Shown piece after piece: positions 47,474-59,370 of a stretch of 64,000 nt of DNA. The stretch lies in assembly GCA_013239625.1 (NCBI GenBank), contig MU056000.1, positions 186,001 to 250,000 on the forward strand, in the 5' to 3' direction. Below the pieces are notes generated by a model. It was not told the origin of the DNA. It saw only the letters and a list, made by a program, of their open reading frames with translations, and ran no database searches. Position 1 is the first letter of the stretch; every line of letters starts with the position of its first letter. The DNA is from Lama guanicoe (lineage: Eukaryota). The position numbers and the translations under genes are program-made.

Positions 47474-49211
47474 AGCGGGCGTTTCTGAATGCTGACATCT
47501 GTCCAATACGGATTTACCCCCTGGCGGGGACAGCAGGTGCAGGGCAAGAGCCTGTCCTGAGGGAGGCGCTGCAAAGCTGCACGTGCAGCAGCTTTCTGTA
47601 TCTTGTGAAATGTCAGCGAAGTTCTGAGATGTGAAGCGGCCTTACGTCTTTGCGAGTCTGACAGCACTGCACTCTGAGGGTTACAGGTTTTCATAAAGCA
47701 TCCGAAGTGAGCCGTGCGGCCTGGCCGGCAGAGCTCCCCGTCCCGAGGGCGGCAGTGGGTGCCGGCCTAGCGGGAACCGTGCCGCAGGTGCAGCTCCCCG
47801 CCCCCCACATCCACGTCCCAGCTTCCCTGCCTGCGCTGTGAAGGCAGGTTGATGCCCCCATGGTGCGGACCTCAGAGAGCACACACCCTGGGTGTCCCGT
47901 GGCTGAGACAGCAAATTAGGAAAAAAGCTCCCTGAGCTGTAGGTGACTGTGTGCCTGCTCCTGGGAGGAACCTAGGAGTTCCAGGCAGAAGAGGCTGTCA
48001 GCGCCAGCCCTGCGCTTCATCACAACGTGCAGCGTGTGCCCAAGACTCTGGGGCGAAGGCTGAGGCCGTGCCCAGGGTGAAAACTGGCCGGATAACATCC
48101 TGTTTCTGCAGAAGTCTCTCTGGTGTTCTCAGTGGGCCCCTGGAATGGTTCATGCTGAGCTGTCTCTCACTACGTCACGTAACCTTGTTTACAGAGTCTC
48201 GATTTGGCGGAACAGAGAAGCACACGATGTAGAGAGAAGCGGCAGCAAGTCCAGCTGCCTCGCTGCCTTGCTGACTGTCTACAGTTTTTCAACTGAGATT
48301 TCCAGTCATCATCCCAGGAAGAATTATTAGAGAAAGGGCAGACAGGTAATGTTTTATTTAAAAAAAATGTAAAGCCTGACAGATTCTGAGTGTAGGAAAT
48401 TTGGATTCAAAAGCAGAAAGTAAAGGCCACCCACAGTCACCACCAAGAGATGGCTCATGACTGAGGGCAAAGTTCACACACCTTCTGGGGTGACCCCGCC
48501 CCATGGGCGCAGTGAGTCCAGGACATGACAGCAGGGGACAAAACCACCGCCGAGCAGGAGGCTGGTTCGGGGTCCCTTGTGGCTGGGCCCACCTGTGCTG
48601 GGGTGGGAGACCCCTCCCCCTCACAGAAGGGGCATCTGTCCTCAGTCACCTCCATTGGGGTCTCGGGAGGTGGGAGCCCCAGGGAGGGGGACTTGCGGCT
48701 CCACATGCTTGGGGGGGCTTGGTGTCATCTGTGGCGTTGGGGTGTCAGTGTTCTGCTCCTGGGTCAGTGCTGATGCTGTTTGGTGTGTGCGCATCTGCCT
48801 CGTCAGACTCAGGACCGGGCTGGTGGGACTCAGTCTTCTAGACGCGCAGGCACAGCCCCCGTGCCCCACAGCTGCCTGCTCCGTGGGAGGGCAGGCGGGG
48901 GCTGCAGGTTTCTCCCCAGGACTGATGGAGGAGCCCCGGGTGGAAGTGGTCCATTTGTCACCTCCTGGGACTCCCAGAGCCTGCTCTTCATGTCTGCCCA
49001 GCCCACGGGGGCCAGAGTGACACTGGTGCTGTGCTGTCCCCACCCCAGCCGCCAGTCTCCCCTCACCTGTGGTGACGGCAGCACAGCCTCCCGTCAGGGC
49101 CACCTGCTTCCCACCCTCGCCCCATGCTCCGCAGCACTCGCAGTTCGCACACCGAGCACAGCACACTTTCTAGACTTAATCCCTAAGATGGGGGGTGGTG
49201 GGTGGAAACCA

Positions 49212-49300
49212 CCTTCCTTCCTTCCTTCCTCCCTCCTTCCTTTCTCCCTTCTTCCTTCCTCCTTCCTCCGTCCTTCCTTCCTCCTTCCTCCTTCCTTCCT
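49212..49300 (+). repeat. (CCTT/CCT)n polypyrimidine microsatellite in the AHRR 3' UTR
   Basis: ccttccttccttccttcctccctccttcc... Confidence 0.9.
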
Positions 49301-50375
49301 GCCCCCCTGCCACCCTCCCTATTCAGACCAAGTGTCCAACTCCTCCTGGGAAGACCCACACCGTCAGTACCCATCAGCCTCTTTGGAGCTCCGGGGTAAA
49401 GACTCCCGCCCGTGTCCTCGTCCTCACCCTCAGTACCAGGCCCAGGCCAGCGCACGGGCAGGTCGTGGGATGCACCGAGCGTGAGGCCTGCCCCGCCTCG
49501 TCTCAGGGAGCAGCAGACAGGAGGCATCACGTGTGTGGAACACGTCACCAGGAGAACCCTGGACCGGAAAGACCGAATAGAGAGACACCGTTGCATGTTT
49601 GCACACTGTAGCCAGATCCCAGCGTAACCAAGGAGAGATGCAGGTGTGAGCCTCATGTGAGGAGAAGCCTTTCTAGGGGGCACACAGCCGTCCCCGCCCG
49701 CGGGGACCACAGTGCCGCGCTGTGCTGCCTCCTCCCTCAGGTTCACGTGCAGCCGTCTGTGCCCACTCTCCTGGGACCACGTGCACCAAACAAGTCACAG
49801 CTGGTGGGCGGCCGGGTCATGCGTTGCTGATGTAGCATCTGGCCACCAGCTCTGCAGGGTCTGCATTCTGGAGAGGCCATCGTGCTTGGGGCCCAGGTCC
49901 TGGCACGCCCTGGTCCCTTCTTCTGCTGGGTCGGTTGCAACAAAACTCACCCCAGTCAGCACTTTTGTTCTCTTACAGCCATGCCCCTCCTGAAAAATTG
50001 TGTGGGGGAGGAATGCAGAGGGTCAGATGTGGTCATCTCTGTAGATGTGGCCATTTCACTTTAAAATGTCATTATTAGTACTAAGTACAGGCTTATGTTT
50101 TTTTGTTGTCTATAGCTTTTGCCTATATAGCTGAAAAAATATTAAATATTATGTAGGAATGGGATGGAAAGGAGATAAGTACAAATTATATTTTATATTT
50201 TTGCAGTTTCTACTGGAAGAAAAAAGTTTTCAATACCCAGACTGACTTGTTGAATTTTTTAAAACGGATACACTATAATGTAACTTTTTGTACTGTATTC
50301 TCAGTGCCTTTAGAAAGAGCTTTCAAATACATTTCTGATGCTAAGGTTTGTATTAAGTTTGCAATATTGATGTAA

Positions 50376-50381
50376 AATAAA
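50376..50381 (+). terminator. Probable AHRR polyadenylation signal AATAAA
   Basis: tgtaaAATAAAtgttag at the end of the AT-rich 3' UTR block. A second AATAAA lies at 52087-52092. Confidence 0.7.
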
Positions 50382-52559
50382 TGTTAGTACACGTAAGTGG
50401 AAACATCTACTTGATTCTCCAAATGAAATCACTCTATTTCCTTCAAAGTGTGTGTGGGCCAGTTAACACTCCAAGAGCGTCCTTCAGCTCTCAATGGGGC
50501 CTTGTGGACACAAAGGAGGTTGACAGCCCCTGGCCACGCCCTCCCAGCGGCACTTTCTCAGGCACTCTCCCTTTCCCTCCAGCCCCACTCCTGCCCATCA
50601 CTGAGGGCAGGGGGCCTTCCCAGGTGTCTTCAGGACACCCCAGAACCCACTTATCCTGTGGGGAGCAGAGCCTGGCCCCGTGTTGTGCGTGTTTTGGGGG
50701 GACCCTTGGGGTCAGCCCCGCCCTGCCCAGGACCTGGTGACAGGTGCATGGGAAGGGGCAGGGGGTCATCAGAGACCCCCTCAAGACCAAGTGAGATGTG
50801 TTTTGTTTCCTCGGTTTGGTCAAAGAGCACTCCCAAAACTGAATACATTTCTAGTGCCCTGAGCTCGGACCTGCTCTGCTGCTGCAGGTGGAGCCCTGGC
50901 CTCCTTCCTGCAGCCCTGCAGGCCACCACCCTGGTCCTTACTCTGAGACTCCCGTGTCCTTCCCAGGGGAGACCAGGCCAACCTGCCCCCATCTCCTGGG
51001 TCTAACCCAGCTGTTCCCCATCCCGAGTGGCCCCCACCCAGCTTGCCCTCCCCTGCACCCTCCCTGTCATCTGTGGTCTTCAGACCCATCTGTGTGGAGA
51101 CCTGTAGATGGATGTCACTCATTTTTGCTCCATCACATGACTCTACCACCACCTACCCTGTTACTGCTGATGGCTTGTTCCCCAGGCATGTGCACAGTGG
51201 ATGGGGACAGACAAGTGACCAAAGAACCATGCAAGTTCTGTAAGGCATCAGAAGGGGATGGGTGCTGCACAAATGGATTAGCTGGGGTCTTGTAGCCCAG
51301 GTGGTGGTTTTGTGGGCAAGGCAGCCTTTGAGCCTTGACAGGAACAGCAGACGGGGTAGGGATGGAGATGGCCTGTGGGCTGGAGCCAGAGGGTGAGGAG
51401 AGGGTGGGGACGGGCAGGTCTGAGTGAGAGGGGATCAGGGCAGGGCTTCCAGTGGAAGCAAACCTGGGCTGTGGTTCCAAGGTCGCATGGGCTGCAGGGC
51501 AGGAGTGGGCCCCGGGGCCTCCCTAAGGACCATGCCAGTGCCGTGGTTCCTTCCTGAGTCTTGGCTGGTCCTCTACCGTCTGTCCTACACTTGTTTGCCC
51601 CTTTTTGGTTGAATTGTGGGTGTTATTTTAAAATTAAGGGAAGCAGCATTTCGTTAGTTATAGATTCTCTCTCAGTCTGTGGCTTGTGTTTTCATTTACT
51701 GATTTCTTTAAAAAAGTACCAGTTTAAAATTTTAGCACAGCAAACTATCTTCTTCTTCATGGTTTATGTGTTTTGCATCTTAAAATAACTCTGACAGCTC
51801 CTCTGACTTAAAGCCCATTTTTTCCAGTATTAATATTGCCACACCAGCTTTTTCGAGCCTGGACTAGCCAGTGTGCAAACCCCCTCCACATCTAATCATT
51901 CTGTCCATTTATGATTCATATGTTTTTCTCATAAATAACTGATTGTCTTAAAATCCATTTACTTGTGTTCTGAAAATTGGTATATTTGAACATATTTCTA
52001 GCCCTTATTTTGTAGTTACACATGATCCTTGGGCGTTTCTTTTCCTACTGTCCCTATGGGATGCTTGCATTTTTCTCTGCAGATCTAATAAAGCTGAAGC
52101 CAAGGCTAATCAATATTCCTGTTCTCCCAGAATAGACAGGATCTCAGGACGCTGTAGAAACACACCATCTCCCTCCTCTCTTTACTCCCACGGAGGCTGG
52201 GGGGCCCTTTCTAGAAATGCTCCTGACTTGCTTCTGCTGAGGGGTTTCAGTGACAGCTTCCAGGCTGAGGAGGCACGAAACCCAAGTGAAGTGCAGGCCC
52301 CCAGCTAGGAGTTCTTGGGGGGCCTTTCCTGACCCAAGGATCCCAGTACCTGGGATAAATTGCTTTTGGGGGATCTTTGTTTTCCCTGGCCCACTCTTGC
52401 ACTGAGGATGTTTCCAAATGTTCTACAGTTATAATTTCAAACATAATTTTACCTTTTTGTTCACATCCTTCATTGCTCAGTTTGGTGCTGTTTTCATAAA
52501 TTACTAGGGACAGATGAGACAATACTGGGATCAGCTCGCAGAGGGATTAGTAAGGTGAT

Positions 52560-53420
52560 GGGCCTTGGAAGGTGACCGCCGCTCGGCTGACTGGCAGGCT
52601 GTGGTGTGCTCGGAGGCAGCAATGGGGGCTCCCGCACCTCCACCTCCCCGCCCTGCCCCGTCTGCACGCGTGTGCTCACCCGCACGCGCTCCCATGTGTG
52701 TGGCGTGGGGGGGCGTGTACGGGGTCTGTGTATGTTCACGTGGTGTGTGTGTCTGCGTGTCCACGTGTGTTTGTGTGTCCGCTGCGCGCGCTCGCGCCCC
52801 TGCCCCTCACCGCGCCGCCGCCCGGCTCTGCGCCCCTCGGGCTCCAGCCCCGCCGCGTCAGCCCCGGGCTCCCCGCTCCCGGGCCCCCCGGGCCCGCGAT
52901 CTCGCCCACGCTCAGCGAGGACCCTCCGGTGCCGGTGCCCGCAGCCCTCTGCCTGCGGCCAGGGCCACCCAGGCCCCGCCCTTCCGGTCGCGAGGCCGGA
53001 AGCGGAAGCGCCCTCGGCCGCTAATTTCCGGGCGGCGGCGGCGGCGCGCAGGGTGAGGGGCTTGCCGCGGTCCGGCGGGCGGGCGGTGCTGGGTGGGGGT
53101 CGCTGTCCCCTCCCGCTGTCCCTTCCCCGGGCTCCAGCGGGTGCGGGCGCGGCCCGGAGGCGGCGCGGGCGGCTGTGGGGCTCCAAGGGGAGGCTGACGA
53201 CGCGCCAGGGGACGGAGGGAAGGAGCAGGTGCAGAGCTGCCTGCGCGGCGCCGGGCGAGGGGGCGCGCGGCCGCAGGGGGCCGTCGGGCGCCGCCTCTGA
53301 CGGCCGTGTGTCCCGCCCCGCGCGCCGGCGGCCGTGATCAGGGAAGGGAGCGAGGGCAGACGGCGGCCGCACCAGCCCCGTGAGCGCAGAAGGGCACTCG
53401 TGTACAGATGGGGGCCCTCT
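52560..53420. promoter_or_regulatory. EXOC3 CpG-island promoter
   Basis: Very high GC and CpG density; GC box ccccgccc (~52974), CTTCCGG (52981-52987) and tandem ETS/GABPA motif CCGGAAGCGGAAG (52996-53008); no obvious TATA box. Confidence 0.88.
53000..53052 (+). other. EXOC3: EXOC3 non-coding exon 1 (start approximate)
   Basis: (GGC)n leader downstream of the ETS motifs, ending at CAGG|gtgagg donor (GT at 53053-53054). Confidence 0.6.
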
Positions 53421-54228
53421 TTCTCGGGACCCTTGGGGTCTCCGACACGTGTGGGAATGGGGAGTGAGAAACGTCTCCGAGAAGCTCTGCGCAGGAAGCG
53501 TGCGTGGAAGGGGACGTCTGACGGCTGAAGTCAGCCCTCCTCTGCCGGGCGCTCACCGCTCCCCTGTCGCCCTGGTGGGGGTGTCCGTGGAGCTGGCATG
53601 AAGGCAGGCTGGCTCGGTATCTGAGCACCTGTGCGCTGTATGCTGTGTCTGAGCAGAGTGCCTTTTGCCCTCTCACCTGTGTTTGCAGTAGGAAATAGAA
53701 TTTGGGGTAATGCAGACAGTGACGGTGCTGGAACTTAAGCTGGGCGTGGTGAAGTGTGAGCTGTCCCCGTGCTCCTGTGTCCTCACTGAGGCTCCCTGGC
53801 AGAGCCGCCCCGCCGGCATATTAAGTGAAGGCTCTGGAAATGAGAAAGCGGACCCATCTCGGGGAGAGCAGTGCCTTGGATACTGATACATGATGAGGGG
53901 TCTGGGGTCCACATAGAGAAGTCCTCCTTATGTTAATACCTATAGTTGCCCTTTGTCCAGTTAAAGGTAAAACTGAATTCGAACGTTTGTATTTCTTACC
54001 AAGGAGTTCATAATCCGAGTTAAGCTTTCTTTCAGGTTTATTGGATTAATGATCCCAAATGCTCTCCCTGTAGCTCCACAATGAGCAGCTGATTGTTGGT
54101 GGAGGGGGTGAGTTTTATACTTAACATTTCTACCTTCCTCATACATCTTCCCCTCCTGTTCCCTGCCTGGTTGGCACACAGGGCACCTCTAGTATGAGAG
54201 GTGCAGGGATTCTGCCTGCTTTGCAGCC

Positions 54229-54372
54229 ATGAAGGAGACGGACCGGGAGGCTGTTGCAACAGCGGTCCAGAGGGTTGCTGGGATGCTTCAGCGCCCGGAC
54301 CAGCTGGACAAAGTGGAGCAGTATCGCAGAAGAGAGGCCCGGAAGAAGGCCTCTGTGGAGGCCAGATTGAAG
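54229..54372 (+). CDS. EXOC3: EXOC3/Sec6 first coding exon: [48 protein letters not shown]
   Basis: gccATG start, 48 codons, AAG|gtataa donor; matches the recalled mammalian EXOC3 N-terminus. Likely acceptor cacacAG at 54180-54181 after a long pyrimidine tract. Confidence 0.97.
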
Positions 54373-55939
54373 GTATAAGACCAGAGTGGCCACGGGCACC
54401 TGCTTCACTCCCAGGCGGGACAGGGCCTTTTATTTCGCCCTTCAGGTTCCTGCTTAACAGCATCATTGTGAAGATACGAAGAGAGACAGACTTGAAGGCT
54501 ACCTTTACTTAGGACTTTCCTTCCAACAATATACTGCCAATCAGTAGATTTACAGGGAAGGCGATGGGAGTATTGAGAGCACTGAAGGAACCTTTTTAAG
54601 CATGGAAGTATGCATTTCACTTTTTGAAAAGCACTAGAATAATAACAGCTTTTCTTATTTATTGAAAGCTCTTCTACCAGCGGTCTCCAGAGGGCATTTT
54701 GTTTAGATCATTCAGCACACACAGCAGTAGGCTGGCTGTGCCAGGCGCTCTGCGGGCTGTGGGGTAGGAAGTAGAAGAGCTATTCACATTTATTAGAGTG
54801 TGTGAGAGTGAGGCAAAAAAGAAAACCAGTCTTTTATGATTTCGATTGGCTTTCAACAATTCATGTGGAGAGATGAGGTTTTGTTAAAATAATGCACATC
54901 TGATATAGTTATAAAAACGGTAATATAGGAGCCTGCTGTAGTGGACTGGCAACGCAACAGTCTTGAGGATTTAAGAGATTGCCTCTGAGGAAGTTAATTC
55001 TCACACGGATATGGCGATGAGGTCACGTCTCTGAAACATCACGTCATTAGCATCCAGGTAATGGCAGGTGTGATGAGACAGGAGGAGGATCCTTCATTTG
55101 TGCCATCGAAGCAATCAAAGACCTGTTCGACTAATTTGAAACAATTTCATATCAATTTAAAAAACAGTTGGGACTTGTTATATTTTTATTCAGAAATTTA
55201 GTCTGTTTTAGAATCTCGTGGGGTTAACTAACGGTCATCAGTAGTGACTTAGAAACCTTGTGCAGTCTGTTGTTAATTACTCTGAAACGCAAGTTAGCAC
55301 TCCTGGGTGGAAGGTGTTCTTGGCTTTGGTTGTGCTGCCTGGGCTCTCCCTGCCTGTTCTGTCCACATGCTGCTGCTCCTTCTTGCCCTCTCCCTTCTGC
55401 CTCCCTCTCCCTTCTGACTGTGCAGCTCCCCGGGGGGCATTTCCTGGGCCCTCAGTGTGAGTCTGAGTCTCACACGTACCAGTTCTGTGCAGTGGGGCCG
55501 GCCATCCTGGGGCTGAGCCTGGTTCTGGCTGAATGGCTGGACACCCCTCTCCCCTCAGGTTGATGAGCAAATCCTGACAGTTTCTCCCTCTAGACAAGGC
55601 CTGTTAGGAAACCGAGGGTTGCCCGGGAGATCATATTTAGAGTCCTAAGGATGCCATTTCAGGGGCAGCCACCACCTGGGGTGTCCCCACGGTGGTGTCC
55701 CACATTTTCAGGCTGAAGGCTAGATGAGGAACTGTGAGGTTTTCCCAGCAAAGCTGTGAAAGCCTGGTTCTGTGCTAAGGCAGCAATGAAAAAAGAAGTT
55801 CCCCGTGACTCAAATCCTTATTGGACTTTACTCTCTGCTCTGGGCATTGACTATTCCCTGCTCTGAAGCTTCTCTTCCCTGCATCTGTCCATGGCTGTCC
55901 CAGTTCCACTTACCCCCGCCCCGGCCATGTCTTCCGTAG

Positions 55940-56159
55940 GCTGCAATCCAGTCGCAGCTGGACGGGGTGCGCACAGGCCTGAGCCAGCTCCACAGCGCGC
56001 TGAGCGATGTCAAAGACATCCAGCAGTCCCTGGCCGACGTCAGCCAGGACTGGAGGCAGAGCATCAACACCATCGAGAGCCTCAAGGACGTGAAGGACGC
56101 CGTCGTGCGGCACAGCCAGCTTGCTGCAGCCGTGGAGAACCTCAAGAACATCTTCTCAG
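55940..56159 (+). CDS. EXOC3: EXOC3 coding exon: [73 protein letters not shown](V)
   Basis: cttccgtAG acceptor and TCAG|gtagc donor; 220 nt. Confidence 0.97.
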
Positions 56160-57519
56160 GTAGCGGACTGGGCGGGGCCACTGTGCTCCCCACGGCTCAC
56201 ATGTTTGCTTGCTCTGTGGGAGATACGGGAGTGGTGTGTTTGTGAACCTGCTTGGAGTGGGTGAGAGGTGTGATTTTTGCCTGCACAGTCAGGTTCTTGT
56301 TTTGAACGGGGGTGGATGGTCAGTTGAGTAGGTAAAGACTAGAAGGCGGCTCATGGTTCTGGTTTGTCAGGACAGAGGCACCGCCGTGGGTAACAGACAG
56401 GCGCCGCGTAAGCGGCCTTCCTCAGCTGCAGGGCAGCTCCCCCGGGCCCTGCTGGTGCAGGGGAATAGAGGTGCAGCACACATCTGGGAAGAGCTCGCAG
56501 TCTGTGAGAGAAGCAACGCTGTGTCCAGGCAGAGGGAGGGTGTGCACAGGACAGAGGCAGGAGAGAGAGGGGACACGGGGTGGGGCGTGCCCTGGAGTCT
56601 CTGTCAGTATTGGAGCGGGCCTGGCGGGGTCCTCCGGCCCGGCCGAGGGGAGGGCCTACGGGCAAGAGGGCAAGGGAGGGACCTTTGAGAATCAGCAGGA
56701 GGAGGAGTGTCCGTGGCCTGATTGGGATCAGTGTTGGCAGGAATTCCCTTCTGGGGCTCCTGGTTATGTTCAGCATGGCCCCCTCAGGCTCCATCCCCAG
56801 GGTCTGTCCCTCCACTTGTTCCCTACCCTCTGCCAGGGTCACCAGCATCCCAGCAAGAAGCCCTGGGATGGTCTAACCCTTGCCTTCCCTTATCTCTTGT
56901 CTGGTCTCAGCAGGTTCTCTCTGGCCTTCCCCAGACATGTCTGCACTTCCCCCAGCTCTGCTTGGCCCTGAGTGTTCCCTTCCACTTAACCACTGCATGG
57001 TGGCCTTGCTGCTGCCCTGTCACACTGTGGTAGTCTGCGTTCTGTTCCACCCCATTCTTCTGGACCCTACGCCTGTGTCTGCCAGCAGCATCGTTGAGTG
57101 CATGGCCCCATTCCCCTGTGCATGCCCGTCTTCCTGAGGCTGTGTTCCGGGGCCCTTCTCAAGTCTCTCGGGAGTGACACCACTGCTGACTCCGCAGTGG
57201 GTGCTCGGGGGCAGCTCCTCTCGGTGACTGTTAGCTGCCTGGACTGGGACTGTCTCCCTGCCAGAGTCTCCTTCGTGACGTCTCGCAGCCTTCTTGGCCC
57301 ACTTCTCTTCTCCTGTCGTTCCTGTTGGCCGGCAGCACTTCCTGCAGTTTGTGAAACTGCACAGTACCTGTAATGTGTGCTAAGTGAGGCTGAAGAAAGC
57401 AAGGTGTGCCTGAGCTTGCTCTGCCCCTTTCTTCCTTTTCTGGGGCTGCCGCGGTCTGCACTGGGTCTGCACTGGGTCTGCCAGATGGTGTCCCCCGGGT
57501 CCCTCGGGCTCCGTCCACT

Positions 57520-58635
57520 CTTTTTCAGTCCTTTTTTCTTTCTGTTCTTCATACTTGGTCATTTCTCTTGTCCTGTCTTCATGTTTGCTGACTTTTTTCT
57601 TCTGCTTGTTCAAATCTGCCTTTGAATCCCTAAAGTAAGATTTTCACTTGAGTTATTGTACTTTTTTACCACCAGAAGTTTTTGGTTTCTTTTAAGGTTT
57701 CTTGTCTTCTCATGGGTATTTCCATTTTGTTCATGTATCCTTTTCTTGACTTCCTCCACATTTTCCTTTTGTTCTTTGAGCATCTTTGAGTTGTTCAGAG
57801 ATCTTGTTTTAGTCCACGGTCTAGTCTTTCTCAGGGATGGTTTCTATGGGTTTATTTTCCCTTTGAATCTCTGTGCTTCCTTCCGTCTTGTGCGCCTTGT
57901 GACGCTCTTGTTGTTAAACACCAGATGTTTGGGTCCAGTATCGTGGTGACTCTGGGAATCAGATTTTCCTCTTTCCCAGGGTATGCTGGCTTTTGTTTTT
58001 TGTTTTTGTTTTTGATTGTTGTAGGCTGTCTCTGTTGAGGAACAGGCTGAGGTGTAAACTCAAGGGTTTTCTTAGGTCTTTTCTGAAGCTGTGCCTTTGC
58101 TGGTCATTTGCAGTCACTTTCTGAGCTCCCCTGTAGATGAGGCTGCTTTTGAATGTCTTGGTCTTTAGCATCTGGTTTCCAAAAGGGAAAAAGAGAAAAA
58201 CGAAGGGAAAAAACGGCAGCAGCCCTTTAAACCCCCTGGAAGCCACTTCAGCCAGAGGTGGATGCGCAGCAGCGGCCCCGCCTCTGTGTCGGCACCTCTG
58301 TGACCAGAGCAGCGGTCAGCAGCCGGAGCACAGATCCCCAGCGTTTGGAGGACAGCATCCTTCTTGCCAACCTTGGCCCCCTTAAGCTGTCTGCAAGCTG
58401 CTCCGGGAACACGTGGCAGGGGTGGTGGGGATGAGGGATGGGGGGTGGGTAACTGCTACTGTGCTAAGAGCTGAAATACACCCAGATCGCCCACAATTCA
58501 CTGTCCAGGCCTCCCCTGGAAGCCTCAAGGGCCCAGTAGACTCTGGAGTTCCGAGTTACTTAGATTCTGTCCGTGCAGGGGTCGTGCAGGTGGGGGCGGA
58601 CTCCCGGGGCTCCCGTCCCCGCCGTCTGCCCAGAA
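57520..58635 (-). mobile_element. Old L1 (L1MC/MD-like) 5'/ORF1 region, antisense, ending ~50 bp before an EXOC3 acceptor
   Basis: T-rich ORF1-antisense sequence (ttcacttgagttattgtacttttttaccaccagaa), then ctactgtgctaagagctgaaat...gactctggagttccga...ttagattctg resembling recalled L1M 5' ends. Confidence 0.6.
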
Positions 58636-58688
58636 CCTGCGTGGTCCCTCGTCTGGGCTTTCTCAGTGCTGTTGTGTCTCTACCCTAG

Positions 58689-59370
58689 TGCCCGAGATCG
58701 TGAGGGAGACGCGGGACCTCATAGAGCAAGGGGCACTCCTGCAGGCCCACCGGAAGCTGATGGACCTGGAGTGCTCCCGGGACGGGCTGCTGCATGAGCA
58801 GTACCGCATGGACAGCGGGAACACGCGCGACATGAGCCTCATCCACAGCTACTTCGGGAGCACGCAGGCGCTCTCAGACGAGCTGGCCAAGCAGCTGTGG
58901 ATGGTGCTGCAGAGGTGCCTGGGCACTGTTCGCCGGGACCCCACCCTGCTGGTCTCAGTCGTCAGAATCATCGAAAGGGAAGAGAAAATCGACAGGCGCA
59001 TACTTGACCGGAAGAAGCAGACTGGCTTTGTGCCTCCAGGGCGGCCCAAGAACTGGAAGGAGAAGATGTTCACCGTCCTGGACAGAACTGTGACCACGAG
59101 GATTGAGGGCACGCAGGCAGGCACCAGGGAGTCCGACAGGATGTGGCTTGTTCGCCACCTGGAGATCATACGGAAGTACGTCCTGGATGACCTCATTGTC
59201 GCCAAGAACCTGATGGCCCAGTGCTTCCCTCCCCATTACGAGATGTTCAGCAACCTCCTGCGCATGTACCGCCAGGCCCTGAGCACACGCATGCAGGAGC
59301 TCGCTGCGGAAGACCTGGAAGCCAACGAGATCGTGAGCCTGTTGACATGGGTCTTGAACACCTACACGAG
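58689..59370 (+). CDS. EXOC3: EXOC3 coding exon: (V)PEIVRETRDLIEQGALLQAHRKLMDLECSRD...IVSLLTWVLNTYT(S)
   Basis: taccctAG acceptor and GAG|gtaacc donor; 682 nt; corresponds to ORF 58688..59374; start of the Sec6 domain. Confidence 0.98.

Larger units (their letters stand above)
47474..50400 (+). other. AHRR: AHRR 3' UTR (~2.9 kb), end approximate
   Basis: Runs from the stop codon to an AT-rich terminal block (~50060-50400) that contains AATAAA. Confidence 0.65.

Noticed and set aside
52494-53372. 292-aa (-) and 243-aa (+) ORFs over the EXOC3 promoter as a C5orf55-like protein
   Set aside because: Typical CpG-island open frames with no recognisable homology; antisense transcription is plausible but coding is unsupported.
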